A stretch of 32,000 nt of DNA, from NCBI RefSeq assembly GCF_004376175.1, contig NZ_SNUY01000009.1:32203-64202 (forward strand), written 5' to 3'. Positions 27,197 to 32,000 of the stretch are shown in pieces (position 1 is the stretch's first letter; every line of letters begins with the position of its first letter). Made by a program: the position numbers and the translations under genes. The notes beneath the pieces are model-generated. The model made no database searches. It was not told the origin of the DNA and worked only from the letters and a program-made list of their open reading frames with translations. The DNA is from Halalkalibacterium halodurans (lineage in GTDB: Bacteria; Bacillota; Bacilli; Bacillales; Bacillaceae_D).

Positions 27197-27293
27197 TGCC
27201 CACTGGCTCGTGTTTTAACAATCTTTTTATTCGGCAGATTGTCATGGATTTCCTCTTTTTACTTTTAAAAATTTTATGTTAGGAGATATGCAA

Positions 27294-28526
27294 ATGGGAA
27301 AAGCACTTATTATCGGTTGTGGTGGTGTAGCATCGGTCGCGGTCCACAAGTGTGTTCAAAACAGTGAAGTCTTTGAAGAGATTTGTATTGCGAGCCGGAC
27401 AAAATCAAAATGTGATGCGTTAAAGGCAAAACTGGATGGCGGCAAAACAAAGATCACAACGGCACAAGTAGATGCTAACAATGTGGATGAGCTAATTGCT
27501 CTTATCGAAGAAGTGAAGCCTGACGTTGTCATGAATTTGGCGCTACCTTATCAAGATTTAACGATCATGGATGCGTGTCTTGCCACAAAAACCAACTATT
27601 TGGATACGGCAAACTACGAGCCAGAAGATACGGCTAAATTCGAATATAAATGGCAATGGGATTATCGCGAGCGCTTTGAAAAGGCGGGCATTACCGCACT
27701 TTTAGGTAGCGGATTTGACCCAGGGGTGACCGGTGTATTTTCTGCTTATGCGCTAAAGCATCATTTTGATGAAATTGAATATATCGACATTCTCGACTGT
27801 AACGCAGGGGATCATGGGTATCCATTTGCGACGAACTTCAATCCTGAAATCAACATCCGTGAAGTGTCAGCGAACGGACGTTATTGGGAAAATGGCGAAT
27901 GGGTCGAGACGAAACCAATGGAAATTAAACGTGTATACAACTTCCCTGAAGTTGGCGAGAAAGATATGTACTTGCTTTACCATGAAGAGCTTGAATCTCT
28001 TGCAGTCAACATTCCAGGAATCAAACGGATTCGTTTCTTTATGACCTTTAGCGAAAGCTATCTAACGCACTTAAAATGCCTTGAAAATGTGGGCATGACG
28101 TCCATTGAGCCAATTGAATTTGAAGGGAAGGAAATCATTCCACTTCAATTTCTGAAAGCTGTCTTACCTGACCCTGCTTCTCTTGGCCCGCGCACAAAAG
28201 GGAAAACGAACATTGGTTGTATCTTTAAAGGGAAAAAAGACGGTAAAGATAAAACGTACTATCTATACAACGTTTGTGATCATGAGGAATGCTATAAAGA
28301 AGTGGGCTCCCAAGCCGTTTCTTACACAACTGGCGTTCCAGCCATGATCGGTGCGATGATGCTTATGACTGGAAAATGGAATAAGCCAGGAGTATATAAC
28401 ATTGAAGAGTTTGATCCAGATCCATTCATGGAAGCGTTGAACAAGTGGGGACTTCCTTGGAAAGAAGACCACAATCCTCAGCTTGTCGACTCTGATCCGA
28501 TTAAAGAGACGGAGCTTGTTCGTTAA
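27294..28526 (+). CDS. carboxynorspermidine/carboxyspermidine dehydrogenase (saccharopine dehydrogenase family), 410 aa
   Basis: MGKALIIGCGGVASVAVHKC..., AGITALLGSGFDPGV, NAGDHGYPFATNFNPE and SYTTGVPAMIGAMML..EEFDPDPF are typical CANSDH/CASDH. The ATG at 27294 is 7 nt after AGGAGA. Confidence 0.88.
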   Translation: MGKALIIGCGGVASVAVHKCVQNSEVFEEICIASRTKSKCDALKAKLDGGKTKITTAQVDANNVDELIALIEEVKPDVVMNLALPYQDLTIMDACLATKTNYLDTANYEPEDTAKFEYKWQWDYRERFEKAGITALLGSGFDPGVTGVFSAYALKHHFDEIEYIDILDCNAGDHGYPFATNFNPEINIREVSANGRYWENGEWVETKPMEIKRVYNFPEVGEKDMYLLYHEELESLAVNIPGIKRIRFFMTFSESYLTHLKCLENVGMTSIEPIEFEGKEIIPLQFLKAVLPDPASLGPRTKGKTNIGCIFKGKKDGKDKTYYLYNVCDHEECYKEVGSQAVSYTTGVPAMIGAMMLMTGKWNKPGVYNIEEFDPDPFMEALNKWGLPWKEDHNPQLVDSDPIKETELVR

Positions 28527-28527
28527 A

Positions 28528-29655
28528 ATGCGTTTTGAAGAATTACCGACGCCATGTTACGTAGTGGATGAAGCGCTCGTGGAGAAAAACGTAAAAATCC
28601 TAAACGGCATCATGAAGCGCACAGGAGCAAAAATTGTGTTGGCGCAAAAAGCTTTTTCCATGTCGACCATGTACCCGCTCATCGGAAAGTACTTAACGGG
28701 TACAACGGCAAGCGGCTTGTACGAGGCACGATTAGGTCATGAGGAGATGGGCAAAGAAAATCATATCTTTGCCCCCGCCTATCGTGAAGATGAAATCGAT
28801 GAAATCGTCTCGATTTGCGACCATATCATCTTTAATTCCTTCTCTCAGCTTGAGAAGTTTAAACAGAGAGCTCTTGATGCTGGGAGTAAAGTGGGCTTAC
28901 GCATCAACCCTGAATGCTCCACCCAAGTGGGCCATGAGATTTATGATCCTTGTTCACCAGGCTCTAGATTCGGTGTCAAACAGGAAGATGTTCGTCAGGA
29001 GCTGCTTGACGAGGTGTCAGGACTTCACTTCCACACACTTTGTCAGCAAAACTCTGACGATTTAGAAACAACGCTTGATGCAGTAGAAGAAAAGTTTGGC
29101 CAGTGGCTACCGCAAATGGAATGGATCAACTTTGGTGGCGGTCACCATATCACAAGGGATGATTACGATATCCCGAGATTGGAAGCTTGCATTAAGAGAA
29201 TGCAGGACAAATACGGTTTGGAAGTCTACCTTGAACCGGGCGAAGCGATCGCGCTTAACGCGGGCTATCTCGTCACGACAGTCCTTGACCTCCATAAAAA
29301 CGGAATCGACATTGCGATTTTGGACACGTCCGCCACTTGTCATATGCCCGACGTCCTCGAAATGCCTTACCGCCCCCCTCTTTTCGGATCAGGGGAACCA
29401 GGCGAAAAGCCGTTCACCTATCGACTCGGAGGCCCGACCTGCCTGACAGGTGACGTCATCGGTGACTATTCGTTTGACCAGCCATTAAAAAGCGGCGACC
29501 GATTAGTTTTTGGGGATATGGCGATTTACTCCATGGTGAAAACGAACACGTTCAACGGCATGCCACTTCCAGCTATTGCCGTCAAACATCAAGATGGCGA
29601 TTGTCAGGTTGTACGCCAATTTGGCTATCAAGACTTTAAAACACGACTAGCGTAA
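28528..29655 (+). CDS. nspC: carboxynorspermidine/carboxyspermidine decarboxylase (PLP, alanine-racemase fold), 375 aa
   Basis: MRFEELPTPCYVVDEALVEKNVKIL...KAFS...INFGGGHH...GGPTCLTGDVIG. The ATG is 1 nt after the upstream stop, which suggests translational coupling. Confidence 0.88.
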   Translation: MRFEELPTPCYVVDEALVEKNVKILNGIMKRTGAKIVLAQKAFSMSTMYPLIGKYLTGTTASGLYEARLGHEEMGKENHIFAPAYREDEIDEIVSICDHIIFNSFSQLEKFKQRALDAGSKVGLRINPECSTQVGHEIYDPCSPGSRFGVKQEDVRQELLDEVSGLHFHTLCQQNSDDLETTLDAVEEKFGQWLPQMEWINFGGGHHITRDDYDIPRLEACIKRMQDKYGLEVYLEPGEAIALNAGYLVTTVLDLHKNGIDIAILDTSATCHMPDVLEMPYRPPLFGSGEPGEKPFTYRLGGPTCLTGDVIGDYSFDQPLKSGDRLVFGDMAIYSMVKTNTFNGMPLPAIAVKHQDGDCQVVRQFGYQDFKTRLA

Positions 29656-29660
29656 AAGAA

Positions 29661-29696
29661 AAAACCAGATCCTGAACTAGGATTCTGGTTTTTCTT
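29661..29696 (+). terminator. intrinsic terminator of the polyamine operon
   Basis: AACCAGATCC / GGATTCTGGTT stem (10 bp, one bulge) followed by TTTTTC, 6 nt after the nspC stop. Confidence 0.8.
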
Positions 29697-29824
29697 TTGT
29701 ACGTAAATACCGCAACGTCGATAGAAATCTCCATCATGGATATGTCGCAATATTTTAATATTTCATACTTGCCCGATAGAAATTAGGTATAATAGAAAGA
29801 AACGTTTAAAAAGAGGTCGATATT

Positions 29825-30076
29825 TTGATTTACAAGCGTCTTGAATTCAAAAACATGGCTGGACAGAAAGTGAAAATCACAGAGATCCCCGTGCTAGACC
29901 CGAGGAACCCTCATTATTTTTTGGTTCACGCTCGTTTACAAGCCCTTGCAGCATTCATTTACAATAACCCTGACTCAAAAACAAGCTATTCTTTTCACGA
30001 TTATTTGAAACGAAAAATGAAATGGTCTGATTTCATTCAGTTATATCGCACTGAACAATATAGCCATAACGCTTAA
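29825..30076 (+). CDS. hypothetical protein, 83 aa
   Basis: TTG start after an AGAGG SD, with its own terminator directly downstream. No family recognised. Confidence 0.45.
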   Translation: MIYKRLEFKNMAGQKVKITEIPVLDPRNPHYFLVHARLQALAAFIYNNPDSKTSYSFHDYLKRKMKWSDFIQLYRTEQYSHNA

Positions 30077-30105
30077 AACCAGTAGCATGTGCCACTGGTT
30101 TTTTC
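30075..30105 (+). terminator. intrinsic terminator (AACCAGT...ACTGGTT + T6)
   Basis: 7-bp stem and T-run, overlapping the stop of the 83-aa ORF. Confidence 0.7.
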
Positions 30106-30208
30106 AAGACTCAGCAAAACATAAAAAAGCTCCTCCTTATAATAAAATAGACTCTCGGCATTCGCCGAGCTTTGTGGTTCAAGGATTTTCCTCAAACCAA
30201 TTTATTTC

Positions 30209-30236
30209 ATCCCTCCTATTTTAGGTGGGATTTTTT
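30209..30236 (+). terminator. intrinsic terminator with no upstream CDS (ATCCCTCC-TATTTTA-GGTGGGAT + T5)
   Basis: 8-position stem with one U-U mismatch, followed by TTTTT. It lies 130 nt after the previous terminator, with no ORF between them. Confidence 0.55.
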
Positions 30237-30247
30237 AATGTTCATTT

Positions 30248-31992
30248 TTTAAAACTGGAAATTAATTATCAAAATATTTTCTCGAATTCGACAAGAAACA
30301 CTTGACTTTTCAAAAACACCACAATAATCGCCGGTGAAGGGATTATTTTCCCTTACTACTTGTGATTGAGGTGCCAAAATGAAACCAACGTTTATTGCAC
30401 ACGAAACTTATCAAAACTTCGTTCTAAATCAGTTAAATGCCCATTATTCTGGCGGCATTCTTACCCTTGTTAATAAGGATTGGCCAGTAATTAAAAAGCT
30501 TTGGATAACTGATCTCTCTTCGGTAACTACATGGCTTGGTGATTCCTATTCCAAAAAGGGACCAAAGCCTCGTGACCCTGCTTCTATGATGCGTTCTTAT
30601 CTGCTTTCATTATTTGTTCAACCTACAAAAGGTATTACTCATTGGGTTGATCAACTTCGTCGCGTTCCGTTGTATGCAATTCTTAGCGGTTTTGAACCCG
30701 GTGACACACCAGGTGTTGGAACATTTGAAGACTTTTTCAAACGTTTATGGGCCTTCGAAAGCCCGAATGTTATGCCGAAGGTCAAACCTAAAAAGAAAAA
30801 GTCAAAAAAGAAAAAGAAGCCTAAAAAGGGTGAAAAAGCTGAACCTAAGAATCCCGGAATTGTTCGTAAACTCGTTGATCGGGCAATGCGTTATGGTTCC
30901 AAACAAAAACAACTGCCAGGAGACCGATTATTTGAGTTTTTTCAATCCCAATTTTTAGCGGTTTCTACGAAACTTGGTCTTCTTGGGGATCCCGAAGCTC
31001 TAGGTGTAGTTGGAGATGGGACACCAATTGAAACAGCTAGGTACCCGAGAAGTAAATCAACCTGTAATTGTAGTGCCCAAGGACTAACGAACTGTACTCA
31101 CCCACGCCAGTATTCACAACCCGACATCGACTCAGGCTGGGATAGTTCTAAGGAAAAGTACTTCAACGGATATCATCTCTACATGATATCCACTAGCGAT
31201 AGCCAATACGACTTACCGCTATATCCACGGCTGCATCCTGCTTCCCGGCATGATTCAGTCAGCCTAGTGGTTAGTTCAATTGAATTTTCGCAACGGTACA
31301 CCTTGGGCACGATTGATAAAATTCTTCTTGATGCAGCGCACGATGCTGAGGCCATTTATGAGCTACTTGAACATCAAAATGTGGAACCCTTCATCGATTT
31401 AAATGTTCGAACAAAGAAGAACTTTAGTACAGAAAGTGATATTCAAATATCTCCAACAGGTGTTCCAATCTGTCCGATTGGGAAGGAGATGAAGCCCAAC
31501 GGGTTTGACAAATCTCAAAATCGGCAAAAATGGCGTTGTCCACTTGCTTGCGGTACCAAAAATACATGCTCATCACCGTGTTCAAAAGCAAAATATGGTC
31601 GGACATTCCATACATTCAGAGAGGATAATCTACGATTATTTACCAAAACACCAAGGTCCTCTGAAAAGTGGAAACTTATATACAAACGAAGAACCTCTGT
31701 TGAACGTTCTAATAAAAGAGAAAAAATAGATTATCACTTGGAATCTGGACGCCACCGGTCAACAAAAATGTGGTACATTCGCCTATACGCCATAATGATG
31801 TGTCAGCACATCGATGCTTGGTACAGCAGTCAGAAAGAGCAGTTAAATATTGAAGAAATCATCTTTCCTAAAGCCGCCTAGTCAATTTTTAAAAAAATAA
31901 TGGCAATAGGTTTCTTTGTCATGCACATTTTTGAAAATACAATGAAAATAATGAGTGTGCAGGCCATTCCAATCCAATTTCCAGTAATTTTG
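30248..31992 (+). mobile_element. insertion sequence (IS4/IS1182-superfamily type), about 1.75 kb; ends inferred
   Basis: Single transposase ORF. Inverted 10-mers ACTGGAAATT (30254-63 / revcomp of 31976-85) and TTTTCAAAAA (30307-16 / revcomp of 31928-37) sit at matching distances from the two ends. An 8-bp direct repeat GTTCATTT flanks them (30240-47 and 31993-32000). Confidence 0.5.
30379..31881 (+). CDS. DDE transposase (DUF772-like N-terminal domain, Cys-rich segment, YREK signature), 500 aa
   Basis: GPKPRDPASMMRSYLLSLF... resembles the IS5/IS1182 N-terminal domain. Candidate catalytic residues are in VVGDGTPIE, LLDAAHDAE and Y-x2-R-x3-E-x6-K (YKRRTSVERSNKREK). GAGGTG SD 5 nt before the ATG. 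Confidence 0.85.
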   Translation: MKPTFIAHETYQNFVLNQLNAHYSGGILTLVNKDWPVIKKLWITDLSSVTTWLGDSYSKKGPKPRDPASMMRSYLLSLFVQPTKGITHWVDQLRRVPLYAILSGFEPGDTPGVGTFEDFFKRLWAFESPNVMPKVKPKKKKSKKKKKPKKGEKAEPKNPGIVRKLVDRAMRYGSKQKQLPGDRLFEFFQSQFLAVSTKLGLLGDPEALGVVGDGTPIETARYPRSKSTCNCSAQGLTNCTHPRQYSQPDIDSGWDSSKEKYFNGYHLYMISTSDSQYDLPLYPRLHPASRHDSVSLVVSSIEFSQRYTLGTIDKILLDAAHDAEAIYELLEHQNVEPFIDLNVRTKKNFSTESDIQISPTGVPICPIGKEMKPNGFDKSQNRQKWRCPLACGTKNTCSSPCSKAKYGRTFHTFREDNLRLFTKTPRSSEKWKLIYKRRTSVERSNKREKIDYHLESGRHRSTKMWYIRLYAIMMCQHIDAWYSSQKEQLNIEEIIFPKAA

Positions 31993-32000
31993 GTTCATTT

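Noticed and set aside
30108-30135. Perfect minus-strand SD (AAGGAGGAG) followed by ATG TTT TGC TGA
   Set aside because: The ORF is only 3 codons and runs straight into a terminator. More likely the plus-strand CTCCTCC is incidental or part of the putative sRNA promoter region.
30781-30846. A-rich AAG/AAA repeat tract
   Set aside because: It encodes the in-frame poly-lysine segment of the transposase. It is not a tandem-repeat element, a CRISPR array or a slippery frameshift site that I can support.

Overview
The window looks like a Bacillaceae-type chromosomal segment, judged by GGAGG-type SD sites, Rex boxes and a sigma-54/RocR arginine regulon. It is mostly core metabolism on the minus strand. 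In order it contains: a partial GNAT gene; a UbiD-family decarboxylase; an AT-rich islet of small secreted or membrane hypotheticals; a decayed alpha/beta hydrolase; a CarD-like regulator; and ldh-lctP behind three Rex-type boxes. Next come SelO/YdiU and a complete arginine-catabolism regulon: rocD-gdh-(small biotinyl/lipoyl-like gene)-rocA and rocF-yjiH-nhaC. Each operon sits behind a perfect -24/-12 promoter, and the two flank a frameshifted rocR. The rest is butanediol dehydrogenase, a DUF2268 protease divergent from PadR-DUF4188, a methyltransferase, a decayed VOC gene, a carboxynorspermidine dehydrogenase/decarboxylase operon, and an IS4/IS1182-like element at the right edge. I saw no tRNA, rRNA, CRISPR array or recognisable defence island. 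The strongest unexplained signal is an ORF-free, helix-rich ~0.8 kb region with tandem terminators upstream of the polyamine operon (26.5-27.3 kb). Other items worth a second look are the atypical small gene and the transporters in the roc operons, the broken rocR, a possible sRNA next to the IS, and several operator-like palindromes. All motif coordinates were counted by hand and may be off by 1-2 nt. All family calls come from reading the translations, not from searches.
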